NCBI GenBank assembly: GCA_038087875.1
Contig: CM075992.1
Coordinates: 10,666,001-10,730,000 of the forward strand
Direction: 5' to 3'
DNA from: Malacoraja senta
Taxonomy: Eukaryota
DNA length: 64,000 nt
Part shown: piece after piece, positions 14,198-27,547 of the stretch
Layout: each line of letters begins with the position of its first letter
How positions within the stretch are numbered: the first letter of the stretch is position 1
The notes under the pieces: model-generated
Database searches by the model: none
Told to the model about the DNA's origin: nothing
What the model saw: only the letters and a program-made list of their open reading frames with translations
Position numbers and translations under genes: made by a program

Positions 14198-14880
14198 GGG
14201 TGGAGGCAGTACTGCCCAAAGATATAGGTGCAGGGACTGTAGTAAAGCTTTCTGATGAATGTGGTAATCCCGAGGTTTGGTAGACCTACAGAAATCAGCT
14301 TTGATAACGGATTGTTTTCATTCAGAGAGTAGTCAAGCTGGTGCTACAGGCCCTTAGAGTAAAACAAAGATTTGGGTTACGGTTAGGGTTATGGTTTGAA
14401 GGCTAAGATAAATAAAATTTGTGTAACTACAAAGTTGAATTGGATCGATGCCCTGCCATTGGCACTGAAGAGATGTTGCATGCAAACTAACCGAATAACC
14501 CACATAACACCACATGAGAAGCTTACTGGTCGACCCATGCGTGGCACAATGGAGAGATCACTACAAGGGACCGAGTTTGGAACAGTTAGTGATATAATTT
14601 AAGAAGTATATGCAACAGTTAATTATGATATACAAGTCTATTTATCCACAGGCGAAGCAAAAGCAGTTGGAGGTGAACCATGAGGAAGTACCCTTTAAAC
14701 CTGGAGAGAAGGTGTATGTATGAGCTACCGAACCACCCACCGCTGTGCAGGTAGACGGTTGAACTACCTGATACCATCTAAATCCTTACAAGAGGGCTGT
14801 CCCGCAGGTACGACTCGATAATAGCCCTGAGGTAAGTGACCAGGAGGACAAAGAAGTGAGGGAAGAGCAGAGCTCTAACC
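14198..14880 (+). pseudogene. pol: ERV integrase core and C-terminus
   Basis: [23 protein letters not shown]...[12 protein letters not shown] (ORF 14396-14602). Confidence 0.8.
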
Positions 14881-14939
14881 AGATAATGTGAGGTTTTTGG
14901 AGGCATTAGTGACTCTGAAACTGGTGTAAATAAGCTCAG

Positions 14940-15137
14940 AATGAGGGGGTGTATGGGTCTAGTTTGGGGAACAATGTTGCACCTTCATACCTAATAATAC
15001 TAACCCAGAGGGGTATTTCACTAAAGCCATGCATAAGCTATCAAACCTAAGGAGTGAAGTTAAACGAATCGCAGGGATTCGGACATCAATTGTTTGGGTG
15101 GCTGGAGAGCATGTTCGGGGGATGGGGAGCATGGCTG
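14940..15137 (+). pseudogene. env: ERV env transmembrane subunit, part before the DIRS insertion
   Basis: GGVWV*FGEQCCTFIPNNT (degenerate CX6CC; CC at 14975-14980), then LFGWLESMFGGWGAWL. Confidence 0.75.
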
Positions 15138-16799
15138 ATTTTACTTCGGAGTCACGTGAGTGACTACGTGAAGAAGCCCCGTCCAGCCGCACACGCGTCA
15201 TTATCGATCAGACGCATAGCGTTCATGACCGTTTGTGGAGGAGCAGGAGCTCCTCCAGCCGGTGAGTAAAACAAAAGTAAAACAAAAGTCGGAAGGTAAG
15301 TGGAGTTACTTTTCACTTACAGGAGCGTTTCCTTCCCATTTAGACTTGTTGGTGGAGCTCCACTCAAGTTTATTATGGAGAAATGGGAAGGAGAGCCGGC
15401 CAGGGACGCACCGTAGTAAAACCCCAGATCCTAAGGGTAGCGGGCGTCAGTCAGGGGAATCAGTGGCAGCGAAGCCATTAACTCCCGTTGTGGTCGAATG
15501 TACGTTAAACCGCCGCGACGGTCGCAAGGCTGAAAAAAAAATCGTCCCGACTTGTAGACTCGGATGAGTCAGACCCGGAGGTATGCCCTCCTCAGGCAGG
15601 AAAGAGTATTACACTGCAAGGGTCAAAAACTTTTTAAGTCCTTATGGGGCAGATGATTTGTAAAGAACCCCCACAGGAGGATTTAAGTCGGTGTTGGCCA
15701 ATGAAGTATAGCACAGGAGGTGCCTTGGAACACGCACAAGGGTGGCCTACAGGAGAGCCATCAGTGCCTGTGCAGAAACATTAAAGAGGTTGGCCTACAG
15801 GAGAGCCAGTGCCTAAAAATGCCAGAAAAAAGGCAAGTTATGTGTTGGCCTATTGGAGAACCAGTACTAGAAATGCCTGAACAAAAGGCAGCACAAACGT
15901 GCAATGATAAATGTGCCAGCACCGACAAATATAAAGTGTAAAAATAATGAAGCGTTGGCCTAGAATTGAGCCAGCGCCAGCAGCACCTGAAGCAGGCTGC
16001 CTGTCCGTGGGCCTACAAAAGAGCCCGCGCAGGGGGAATCTGGCAGAGACTTACCTGAAACAGGGGAGCCAGAAATTACCCAACATAAAAATGAATATCT
16101 AGATTTAGATGATGATTTAAGTAAGGACCAGAGCCCATTATCAGAGCCAAAAATATTCCAAGGCTGGCACAAAACTTTGCTGGTCCCAGCGTAACAGGGG
16201 AACCTTTGACAGAGGAAATAGCTATGACTATAAATTATCTACTCTCCCATCATCCCAGGAATTAACCATGGATGAGACTATCAAAAAATATGAGACCCGG
16301 GAAATTGTAACAGTTACAGCAGTGAATAAACTTGATATGGGTAATTTGAGCAGTGGTTTACGCTCACAAGAATTGAAATTACACAAGTGCTGAAATTTCT
16401 GGGGTCAGTGGTTTGGATGAAGGTTATATATCGTATTCACAACAAAATGTAGCACTCATGTGTAGTGCGCACTTTGAAATAAATTGTATTCATAAAAATG
16501 CAATAAGAACAAATATTCATCCTAAGTATGCAGGCTCTGCAAACCATGCAATATACAAATGCCTAAATCTGTTTTGGAGAAAATCTAGCAAAGAAACTAA
16601 AGGATCACCTATGCTGAGCTGAGCGGTGAGAAGGCAGTATCCCTACAGGCGAAATGTGGTGCTGGAGAAGGAACAATCCTATCATTCTCGTATACACGTT
16701 GACGTGCTACACCGAGGATACGTGGAGGTTACAATGTGCCTACTAGAAGGGGACAACAACTGCCGGTGGCAAACCCCGAGGTTAGGGGGCTTGGTCTGG

Positions 16800-18643
16800 T
16801 AAGAAACACAACAAATGTTTCACACTCACAAATAGGGGGAAGGTTACGATTCTTCCTAAAAGAATGGCAATCAATAACAAATGATTAATTTATTCTATGT
16901 AGAATTGTAGGATTCAAAATTGAGTTCTCTCCACGTTTGGATCCTCCAATTCAGCATAATTCAAACTGGTCACGGATTTTTCTCAAAGGAAGAGAATGGG
17001 TTGATCAAAGGAGAATTGAAAAACTTTATGCAGAAAAGGATGATATAAATGTCAGCAGAACAACACCATCAGTTTGTGTCAAATATTCTCCTAGGAATAT
17101 TATCCTAGAAAAGGGATGGTGGACATAGAATCATTTCCAATCTGACAAATCTTAACCTTTATGTACAATAGAAACATTTCAAAATGGAAACATTTACTAA
17201 TGCCATTTAGCTAGTCACAAAGAATTGCTACAAGGCAAGCATAGATCTGCAAAATGCATATTATTCTGTGGCAATGCATGGTAATGATCAAAGATATTTG
17301 AAATTTAGATGGATGAGTCAGTTATGGCAATTTAAAGCATTGCCCAATGGTCTGATTTCAGACCAAGATTATTCACTAAATTGCTCAAAACAAATTTTAG
17401 CTCTATTAAGAGCTGAGGGCCATGTATTAATGGCTTATTTAGATGATATCCTCATTGTAGGGGACACTTTGGCTGCTGCAAAATTGTCAGTATCCAGAGT
17501 CAAATACATTTTGAGAAATTAGGTTTCATTATGCACCTACAAAAATCTAAATTGTTACCAAGCAAAAAGATTGATTACCTAGGGTTCACAATTAACTCCG
17601 AACACATGGTAATCACTTTGCCAAAAGATAAAAAGCTCCAGTTAATTGAAGGTTGCATAAAACCCATTAACGAGGACACACCTTCAATTAGAGAAGTGGC
17701 AAGCTTGCTAGGCAAATTAATTGCAGGGTTTCCAGCGGTCACGTTTGTACCGTTGCATTATCAATGTTTACAGAGAGCTAAGGTACAAGCGTTAAAAATG
17801 AATAGAGGGCATTTTGATAGGCCCATGAAATTAACAATTCAATCTATTACAGAAATAGAATGGTGGATTAACAATGTTTCTAATGCTTCCAGAAAAGTTC
17901 TGGTAGAAACACTTTCCGTCACTCTACAGACTGATGTAAGTGTGCTGAGTTGGGCGCTACTAACATGATTTCCAGCTGTGGAGGTAGGTGGAATGTGAAT
18001 GAAGTACCGTTGCTGTAAAATCTGGGAATCAATTATCTAGAGCTATTAGGCTCATTTTACGACCTTAGAGCTTATTGCACTGATATGGGAAATGTGCATG
18101 TTCAGGTACAGGTTGACAATACTACAGCTGTAGCATACATAAATCACATGGGTGATATAAAATCAGAATCATGTGATAAATTGGCAAATGAAATTTGGAC
18201 CTGGGGTATTGCCAGAAAAATTTGGCTGTCAGCAATATATTTACCAGGTAAAAATTAATACAATTGCAGACAAATGATCACGTAAATTTAATGATAATAC
18301 AGAATGGATGTTAAATCGGAAAATGTTCACACAAATTATCACACAATTTGGAATGCCAGAAATTGATCTGGTTGCATCAAGATTGAACCACCAGTTGACT
18401 AAGTATGTGTCATGGGAACCTGATCCTGGAGCAGTAGTGCTGGATGCTTTCTCGCTACATTGGGGTGGTATGTTTCTGTATGCTTTTCCACCATTTTGTT
18501 TAATCCACAAATGCATACAGAAAATTAATCAAGATTCAGCCTCAGGGATTTTGGAAGTACCAGATTGGCCTACACAGGTATGGTACCCACTGGTGTTAAA
18601 AATGATCAAAAAAAAACCTTATGGTTATTCCCAAGCAGATTAA
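16800..18643 (+). pseudogene. DIRS reverse transcriptase, RNase H and DNA N6-adenine methyltransferase-like domain
   Basis: ASIDLQNAYYSV, FKALPNGL, AYLDDIL, LQTDV, VDNTTAVAYINHMG, IDLVASRLNHQL...LYAFPPF; broken by stops and frameshifts. Confidence 0.9.
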
Positions 18644-18706
18644 ACTGCTTGTACACCCTGTGACTAATGAATCACATCCTTTACATAATCGTATTGGTTT
18701 GTTGAT

Positions 18707-19680
18707 TTGCAGATTCTAAGAAGGCATATCTTGGAAAAGGATTATCAGACAGCCAGATGTTATGACACAGCCTGGAGGAATAGTACCCAAAAGCAGTACA
18801 TTTCCTATATAAAGAAATGGGAGGTGTTTTGTTCAGGAAAGAATATTGCATATAACACAGTAGAAATTTCAGATGTAATAGAGTTTCTTTCAACTCTACA
18901 CTATGAATTGAAATTAAGTTATAGTGCAATTAATACTGCACGAAGTGCACTTTCTGCATATTTAAGCAGTGAATCAGAACAAACTCCAATTGGAGCATAT
19001 CCTTGGGTCTGTAGGTTTATGAAAGGAATTTTCAACTCTAATCCTCCCAGACCCAGGTATACAGAAATTTGGAATGTAAAAGATGTACTGATGTTCCTAG
19101 GGAGTTGGAATCCAATTGAAACCCTGTCATTATCCAAAATTACCATGAATTGGTTATGCTCATCGCATTAGTTTCAGCGCAGAGAGTTCAAACATTACAG
19201 AAACTCAGAATTGATAGAATGAAAGTAGGGCAAAATGCCGTGACATTCTATGTCTATGATTTACTGAAGCAAAGTAGACCTGGGTCCACAGGATGCAAGT
19301 TGGAATTTTTAGCATATCCTAAAGATTCACGACTGTGTGTGGTAACATATGTGAAATGTTACATAGAAACAACAAAAGTTTTAAGAGGCGCCGAATTAGC
19401 ACTTTTTATTAGTCATAAAAAGCCTCATAAGAAAGTATCAACACAAACAATTTCACGATGATTGAAACAGGTGTTGAGATATTCAGGTATTGATACTGAT
19501 AAATTTAAATCTCATTCCACGAGGGCGGCATCAACATCAGCGGCCAGGGATTCAGCGTGCCAATAGACCTTATTCTCGCTGCCGCAGGATGGGCAAGTGA
19601 ACAGATGTTTCACAAGTATTACCACAAGGAGATTAAAGATCTCAGAGGGTTTGGTGATGCCGTGCTGGATACAGTATTAA
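18707..19680 (+). pseudogene. DIRS tyrosine recombinase
   Basis: SYSAINTARSALS, LVSAQRVQTL, FKSHSTRAASTS (~19504-19540), AAGWASE..FHKYY. Confidence 0.9.
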
Positions 19681-19859
19681 ACCCCCCATTATAAATGGGC
19701 CTAATTTGTGTTTTTTTTATTAAAATAAATAAAACCATTAACTGATTACATTCAAATGTTGTGGTTATGCGTTGTTGATTGTGCTTACTCAAATAGAGTC
19801 AATCGATGCAGTGAACACCTGGATTTGAATCCACGGTGTGAAATCACAGAGCTTTGAAA

Positions 19860-19973
19860 TCTTCACGTAGTCACTCACGTGACTCCGAAGTAAAATAGTA
19901 AGATTAAACGAGAACTTACCAAGTTTGAAGTTTGATCTTTCTTTTATGAGGAGTAACGTTGAGGGATTACGTG
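19860..19973. promoter_or_regulatory. DIRS internal complementary region (ICR)
   Basis: 19860-19896 is the reverse complement of the 5' terminus (15138-15174); 19894-19973 is the reverse complement of the 3' terminus (20120-20199). Confidence 0.92.
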
Positions 19974-20199
19974 CCCTCCGCTCCCACCCTCATAAAAGGA
20001 TCAAGCTGGTAGTTCTAAGTCTTTATGCATCTTACTATCATACTTCAGTAATTATCGTCTGTGATTGTCACTCCGCTGCTTTGAAAGATTGACGCGTGTG
20101 CGGCTGGACGGGGGTTCTTCACGTAATCCCTCAACGTTACTCCTCATAAAATAAAGATCAAACTTCAAACTTGGTAAGTTCTCGTTTAATCTTACTATT

Positions 20200-20400
20200 A
20201 AAATTAGATTGACCATTGGGGACGCACTACTTGCAGTGGCAATTAGGCTGTGTTTTCCCCTGTATTAAGTCTCTCTTGGTGAAAGCTACTGTGAAGCAAC
20301 TACCAATGATAACGGGTGAAGACGAATCCGGCCATCAAGGAAAATGGACCTCGGTAATGGAATACTACTACAATGGAGTAGAAGTGTTAGGAAAATGCTA
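20200..20400 (+). pseudogene. env: ERV env membrane span and cytoplasmic tail after the DIRS
   Basis: Removing the DIRS joins GAWL to IKIRLTIGDALLAVAI in frame, followed by FPCIKSLLVKATVKQ. Confidence 0.7.
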
Positions 20401-20621
20401 AACGAAGTCTGTAAGGGAAGATGGATCTTTTTTCCTGCCTCGCGTAATGGGGTGGGTTTTTAGCCCAGTCTCCCAGGGAGCCAGAGAAAGAACACTGCAC
20501 AGCATTACACTAACTTAAGTAAAAGAGCCTGCATTTTAGAGCTCTATCCGTGATTCGACCTGGGGGATGTGTGTGTGGTTTTCTTTGTCTGTGAGCCTCA
20601 AAAGAGTCTCAAAGGAGGGAG

Positions 20622-22150
20622 TTATATGGAAGTTATATAGAAGAGCACTTAATTGAAACATTAATCATAGCACAGCTATTTTACGTAGTCAGACATCAGC
20701 TTATTTTATTTAGCCTCACGTGATTGTTAGCCATTAAGCATCACTAATTAAATTATTTATCTAGTAACCAAGACACTAAACAAGTTACTTATTTATACTT
20801 TTGCATCTTTGTATTCTTAATAAATACATTTGTATCTGTGTACTAAACTTATAACCTAATATTTAACATTATAATATGGTGTGTGTAACCTTGGCTGTAG
20901 CTAAAACATAATGGTGGCAGAGTAGACATCGCTGGGAGATTAGAGTAACAGTTGAAATTTAAGGGTGGCGAAAGTGGAAGAGATATGAGGGGAAATGTAA
21001 AGTTTAATAAGACTGAACCAAGGTCGGAAGTTAATTGTGGCGAGACAGAGAATATTAGAATCGAAGATAGATTGATGCGAGAGGAGTACAGCACGCATGA
21101 TCAGGTAGAGAAGATATGGCTGAAAAACTGTAAGAACAAGCTACCTGTTTCTGTAGTCGGAGAGCTATTCGTACAGTAAACAAAGTAGGATATCATGAAC
21201 ACACCAATATACTGTATTTAAAATTACACACCTTAAAGCTTAAGGATCTGGTAGAATTTAAGACTGCACAAATAATTTATAAAGCAAAAAATAAACTGCT
21301 ACCTGTAAACATACAAAAACTGTTCAGAGACAGAGAGGGGGGTTATAACTTTAGAGGGAAACTAAACTTGAAACAGCATTATGCTCGGACCAATTTAAAA
21401 AAATATGTGTATTTCCATTTGTGGGGTGGGTTTGTGGAATGATCTTGACGAAACGGTTAAACAAAGTATGAATATAATGCAATTTTAAAAAATGTACAAA
21501 AGATATATCTTTGAAAAGTACAGTAATGAGGAAGGAGAATGTAAATCTCACAGATGTTAATGGTGCTTGTTCTTTTTGTTCTTTTCTTTTTTTTTCTTAT
21601 TTTCTTAATAGCTTGATTGGAGTAGTTTTATTTGAATTGTCTGTTTATTTTATTTTATTGAATTTTGCATTTGTTAATGGTGAAGAATGGGGGTAGGACT
21701 TGACAAGCATAGGCTTCTCCCTATCCCTTTTCGAACGAGTCTAATGTGTATTATGTTGAAATTGGCTTTTGATTTTTTAATTTATGTATGTACATATATG
21801 TTATGTATATGTGTATGTGTGTATATGTGTATATGTATGTATGTATATATGTACATGTATATGTATGTATGTGTGTATGTATTTATGTATATATATATAC
21901 GTATATATATAATTTTCCTTTATTTATTATTAATTTTCATCTTTTCTTTTCTTCTTTTTTTAATCGTTCGAAATAAAAAGATATCAAATCAAATCAAATC
22001 AAATCAAATCAAATCAAATCAATTAGAGAACGGACGGGTGGTGTCATCTTTGAATGTCCCTGCCGATGTTTGCCAATAAAGGCTTTCGTCTTCTCGAAGA
22101 ATTCTCCGTGTCTGTGTCATCTTATCCAACTCAGTCTTTAAACCACGACA
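20622..22150 (+). repeat. ERV 3' LTR interrupted by a LINE fragment
   Basis: PPT AAAGGAGGGAG at 20611-20621; homology to 103-657; AATAAA at 22075; ends CCACGACA at 22150. Confidence 0.8.
21164..22020 (+). mobile_element. 5'-truncated LINE, probably Crack/Daphne-type (CR1/L2 group), with (ATCAA)n tail
   Basis: Encodes AIRTVNKVGYHEHTNILYLKLHTLKLKDLVEFKTAQIIYK...CISICGVGLWNDL; 3' UTR has a (TATG/TA)n tract and an (ATCAA)n tail; LTR homology resumes at 22021. Confidence 0.7.
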
Positions 22151-22674
22151 TTACATGCTGCATCATTTCCGTTAAACTGTCAGGAGTATCAATTCTGATC
22201 AAGTATATCCCGGTTAATGTGTTTGATTGGGTTGCCTTTCACGTGTACAGTGGGCATCAATGTCTCTTAGATTCCGTATGGAATCTGTTTAGAGATTATC
22301 CGACACAGAGATAATTGCGAATCAAGCACCAAATGGATAGTGACCTAAGTAAAACAGATTAAAATACCGAATGGATGTTAATTATCTCCCAGTTTAGCGA
22401 AGGCCAGAGGTATCCACATTGTTTCCCTTTGCACACTGAAGCCTAGTACATGAAATGAACGCTTCTGCGTAAAGGTCAATGGGTGATATAATGCAGGCGT
22501 GTGTGCAAATGTAAAACATATCTGGGATGATCAGTGGGGTCTGGATTCCATGTTCTTTAGCCAGAGCACACAGACGTTTTACAAATCGACAAATGCTGCG
22601 ATCCATGTGTTCCCCCGCATATTGTGTATTTCACTTTGTTTTAGCAAATTAATGCACCGCAATGCAACAAAATC

Positions 22675-22800
22675 AATGATTCAATGATCCAATTATTCAA
22701 TGATACTTTATTGCCACATGCACGTAGGTACAGTGAAATTCTTTATGTTTGCATACAATCTAGTAAAATGGCACAGCAGACCTCATCTCGGCAGTGCACA
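22675..22800 (-). mobile_element. Rex/Babar-like LINE 3' tail fragment
   Basis: TTTATTGCCACATGCACGTAGGTACAGTGAAA resembles the reverse complement of the Rex/Babar 3' end at 52820-52866. Confidence 0.45.
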
Positions 22801-23149
22801 AAGAGTCCGCATGTTTCTGCCGCCGTAAACGTTACAAAATGTCTATCAAACAGCGATGACAGTTCAGTCAAAAGTCAATTTCATTGCAGCTATAGAATCC
22901 GTCCGTGAATTAACCATTTAATCATTGAACCTTAGCTGTAATTAACAATGTAATCATTTAACATTAGCTGTGATTAACCATTTAATCACAGCTAAGCATT
23001 ATCGGTATATCCATTGGAGTCACTCCGCGGGCTATGACACCACTGGTAAATACATGGTTATCTCCATCAACATTGTTCGTTCCAATTCTACAAGGGCAGA
23101 GGGATGTACTGCTAATATACTGAGCAAAGCCCCCCACAACTATTTTTCA

Positions 23150-26100
23150 ACACATAGTTGGTTGGGGGCAGGGACTCAAATAGAGAAAGCTATTAGACAG
23201 TGTGTGAGGCAGGAGGCAGAGAAGGAAAGCACTCAGACCCAACATGTAGGGGGGAAAGAATAAAACAATAATAAACAGAGAATAAGAGGTGGTGGGGTTC
23301 TTAAATGGGTGAGCAGAGAAACAGAGGGGTGTAAAATGCGGGCGGAAGCAATAGGTAGCAAGGTGAAAAGTAAAAGTGGCAGGCAGACAAATCCAGGGCA
23401 AAAATCAAAAAGGGCCACTTTTCCACATAATTGTATAAGGGGTGAGAGCGTTGTAAAAACAAGCCTGAAGGCTTTGTGTCTCAATGCAAGGAGCATTCGT
23501 AATAAGGTGGAGGAGTTGAACGTGCAGATAGCTATTAATGATTATGATATAGTCGGGATCACGGAGACATGGCTCCAGGGTGACCAAGGCTGGGAGCTGA
23601 ACATCCAGGGATATTCAATATTCAGGAGGGATGAGAGAAAGGAAAAGGTGGTGGAGTAGCGTTGCTAGTTAGCGAGGAGATTAACGCAGTGGAAAGGAAG
23701 GACATTAGCTTGGAGGATGTGGAATCGGTATGGGTAGAGCTGCGAAACACCAAGGGGCAGAAAACGCTGGTGGGTGTTGTGTACAGGTCACCTAGCTGTA
23801 GTAGTGAAGTTGGGGATGGCATCAAACAGGAAATTAGAAATGCGTGCAACAAAGGCAAAACAGTTATAATGGGTGACTTCAATCTACATATAGATTGGGT
23901 GAATCAAATTGGCAGGGGTGCTGAGGAAATGGATTTCTTGGAATGTATGCGGGATAGTTATCTAAACCAACGTGTAGAGGAACCAACGAGTGAGCAGGCT
24001 ATTCTAGACTGGGTATTGAGTAATGAGGAAGGGTTAGTTAGCAGACTTGTTGTGCGTGCCCCCTTGGGGAAGAGTGACCATAATATGGTTGAGTTCTTCA
24101 TTAGGATGGAGAGTGACATTGTTAATTCAGAAACAATTTCTTTAAGTTCTGAACTTAAAGAAAGGTAAAATTGAGGGTATGAGACGTGAATTGACCAAGA
24201 TTGACTGGCAATTAGTTATAAAAGGGTTGATGGTGGATATGCAATGGAAGGCATTTAAAGACTGCATGGATGAACTACAAAAATTGTTCATCCCAGTTTG
24301 GCAAAAGAATAAATCAGGGAAGGTAGTGCATCCGTGGATAACAAGGGAAATCAGGGATGGTATCAAAGCAAAAGATGATGTGTACAAATTAGCCAGAAAA
24401 AGCAGCATACCAGAGGACTGGGAGAAATTCAGAGACCAGCAGAGGAGGACAAAGGGCTTAATTAGGAAAGGGAAAATAGATTATGAAAGAAAACTGGCAG
24501 GGAACATAAAAACTGACTGCAAAAGTTTGTATAGATATGTGAAGAGAAAAAGATTAGTTAAAACAAATGTAGGTCCCTTGCAGTCAGAAACAGGCGAATT
24601 GATCATGGGGAACAAGGATATGGGGGACCAATTGAATAACTACTTTGGTTCCGTCTTCACTAAGGAAGACATAAATAATCTGCCGGAAATAGCAGGGGAG
24701 CGCGGGTCAAAGGAGATAGAGGACTGAGTGAAATCCAGGTTAGTCTGGAAGTGGTGTTGGGTAAATTGAATGGATTAAAGGCCGATAAATCACCAGGGCC
24801 AGATAGGCTGCATCCCAGAGTACTTAAGGAAGTAGCTCCAGAAATAGTGGATGCATTAGTGATAATTTTTCAAAACTCTTTAGATTCTGGAGTAGTTCCT
24901 GAGGATTGGAGGGTAGCAAAAGTAAACCCACTTTTTAAGAAGGGAGGGAGAGAGAAAACTGGGAATTACAGACCAGTTAGTTTAACATCGGTAGTGGGGA
25001 AACTGCTAGAGTCAGTTATTAAAGATGGGATAGCAGCACATTTGGAAAGTGGTGAAATCATTGGACAAAGTCAGCATGGATTTACGTAAGGTAAATCATG
25101 TCTGACGAATCTTATAGAAATTTTCGAGGATGTAACTAGTGGAGTGGATAGGGGAGAACCAGTGGATGTGTTATATCTGGACTTTCAGAAGGCTTTTGAC
25201 AAGGTCCCACATAAGAGATTAGTATACAAACTTAAAGCACACGGTATTGGGGGTTCAGTATTGATGTGGATAGAGAACTGGCTGGCAAACAGGAAGCAAA
25301 GAGTAGGAGTAAACGGGTCCTTTTCACAATGGCAGGCAGTGACTAGTGGGGTACCGCAAGGCTCAGTGCTGGGACACCAGCTATTTACAATTTATATTAA
25401 TGAACTGGATGAGGGAATTGAAGGCAACATCTCCAAGTTTGCGGATGACACTAAGCTGGGGGGCAGTGTTAGCTGTGAGGAGGATGCTAGGAGACTGCAA
25501 GGTGATTTGGATAGGCTGGGTGAGTGGGCAAATGTTTGGCAGATGCAGTATAATGTGGATAAATGTGAGGTTATCCACTTTGGTGGCAAAAACAGGAAGT
25601 AGACTATTATCTAAATGGTGGCCGATTAGGAAAAGGGGAGATGCAGCGAGACCTGGGTGTCATGGTACACCAGTCATTGAAAGTAGGCATGCAGGTGCAG
25701 CACGCAGTGAAGAAAGCGAATGGTATGTTAGCTTTCATAGCAAAAGTTAGCTTTCATAGCAATTTGAGTATAGGAGCAGCGAGGTTCTACTGCAGTTGTA
25801 CAAGGTCTTGGTGAGACCACACCTGGAGTATTGCGTACAGTTTTGGTCCCCAAATCTGAGGAAGGACATTATAGCCATAGAGGGAGTGCAGAGAAGGTTC
25901 ACCAGACTGATTCCTGGGATGTCAGGTCTTTCATATGAAGAAAGACTGGATAGACTTGGCTTATACTCGCTAGAATTTAAGAGATTGAGAGGGGATCTTA
26001 TAGAAACGTACAACATTCTTATGGGGTTGGACAGGCTAGATGCAGGAAGATTGTTCCCGATGTTGGGGAAGTCCAGGACAAGGGGTCACAGCTTAAGGAT

Positions 26101-26390
26101 AAGGGGGAAATTTGTTAAGACCGAGATGAGAAAAAACGTTTTCACACAGAGAGTGGTGAATCTCTGGAACTCTCTGCCACAGAGGGTAGTTGAGGCCAGT
26201 TCATTGGCTATATTTAAGAGGGAGTTAGATGTGGCCCTTGTGGCTAAAGGGATCAGGGGGTATGGAGGGAAGGCAGGTACGGGATACTGAGTTGGATGAT
26301 CAGCCATGATCATATTGAATGGCGGTGCAGGTTCGAAGGGCCGAATGGTCTACTCCTGCACCTATTTTCTATGTATCTATGTATCTATAT
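23150..26390 (+). mobile_element. CR1 LINE with near-complete ORF2 (APE endonuclease + RT), frameshifted
   Basis: CLNARSIRNK, GITETW, MGDFN, SDHN, KSPGPD, YRPVSLTS, YLDFQKAFDKV, GVPQGSVLG, KFADD; CR1-type 3' UTR ending in (TCTATGTA)n. Confidence 0.95.
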
Positions 26391-26459
26391 TATAGGGGAG
26401 GGTAATCCTTGACGTGATCCAATGACAATGTTCACTTGGCTCTTTCGCATGAAATATAC

Positions 26460-27547
26460 TGGGACAGAATAATCTTCAGGAATCGTTTGAGGATGTAACA
26501 GGTAGAATGGATAAGGGAGAGCCAGTCGATGTAGTGTATCTGGACTTTCAAAAAGGCCCCACGCAAGAGATTAGTGTGCAGAATTAGAGCACATGGCATT
26601 GGGGGTACGGTATTGACACGGATAGAGAACTGGTTGGCAGACAGAAAGCAAAGAGTATGAATTGACGATTCATTTTCAAATGACAGGGAGGGAGTAGTGG
26701 GTTGCCGCAAGGCACTGCTGGAACCCCAGTTATTTACAATATATATTAACGAATTAGACGATGGGAATTAAATCTAACATCTCCAAGTTTACGGATGACA
26801 AAGATAGGTGGCAGTGTGAACTGAGAGGAGGATGCTATGAGCCTGCAGGGTGACTTGGATGGGATGGGTGATGGGCAGATGCATGGCAGATGCAGTATAA
26901 TGGGATAAATGTGAGGTTATCCTCTTTGGTGTCAAGATCACGAAGGCAGATTGTTATCTGAATGGTGTCAGATTAGGAAAAGTGGAGGTGCACCGAGACC
27001 TGGGTGTGCTTGTATATCAGTCACTGAAAGTAAGCATGCAGGTACAGCAGGCAGTGAAGAAAGCGAATGGCATGTTGGCCTTCATTGCGAGAGGATTTGA
27101 GACTAGGAGCAAGCAGGTTCTACTGCAGTTGTACAGAGCCCTCGTGAGACCACACCTGGAGTATTCTGTGCTGTTTTAGTCTCCTAATTTGAGGAAGGAA
27201 ATTTTTGCTATTGAGGCGGTGCAGCGTAGGATACCCAGGTTAATTCCCAGAATGGCGGGACTGACATATGATGAAAGAATGGGTCGACTGGGCTTGTATT
27301 CACTGGAATTTAGAAGGATGAGAGGGGATCTTGTAGAAACATATACAATTCTAAAAGGATTGGGGAGGCTAGATGCAGAAAATAGTTCCCCTTGTTTGGG
27401 GAGTCTAGAACCAGGGGTCACAATTTATGAATAGGGTGTAGGCTATTTATTACTGAGATGAGGAAAACCCTTTTCACCCAGAGAATTGTGAATCTGTGGA
27501 CTTCTTTGCCACTGAAGGCATTGGAGGCCACGTCGTTGGATGTTTTC
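26460..27547 (+). mobile_element. Older CR1 ORF2 fragment, cut by the L1 insertion
   Basis: Homologous to ~25110-26215 (QLYRALVRPHLEY, YSLEFRRMRGDL). Confidence 0.88.

Larger units (their letters stand above)
15138..20199 (+). mobile_element. Full-length DIRS tyrosine-recombinase retrotransposon inserted in env
   Basis: Inverted terminal repeats (~15165-15200 vs ~20090-20125), internal complementary region 19860-19973, gag-like/RT/RNase H/MT/YR domains, ATT at both ends. Confidence 0.95.
103..22150 (+). mobile_element. Decayed class I (epsilon/gamma-like) endogenous retrovirus with internal triplication and nested insertions
   Basis: Order LTR-PBS-gag-pol-env-PPT-LTR; motifs WPKEGTF, YVDD, RNase H YTDS, integrase WVEA and env CC; many stops and frameshifts. 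Confidence 0.85.

Noticed and set aside
18308..19680. Phage or bacterial integrase plus methylase, suggesting horizontal transfer or contamination
   Set aside because: These are the normal MT and tyrosine recombinase domains of a DIRS element, inside its ITR/ICR structure.
21687..22079. Hydrophobic 130-aa ORF
   Set aside because: Microsatellite tracts in a LINE 3' UTR.
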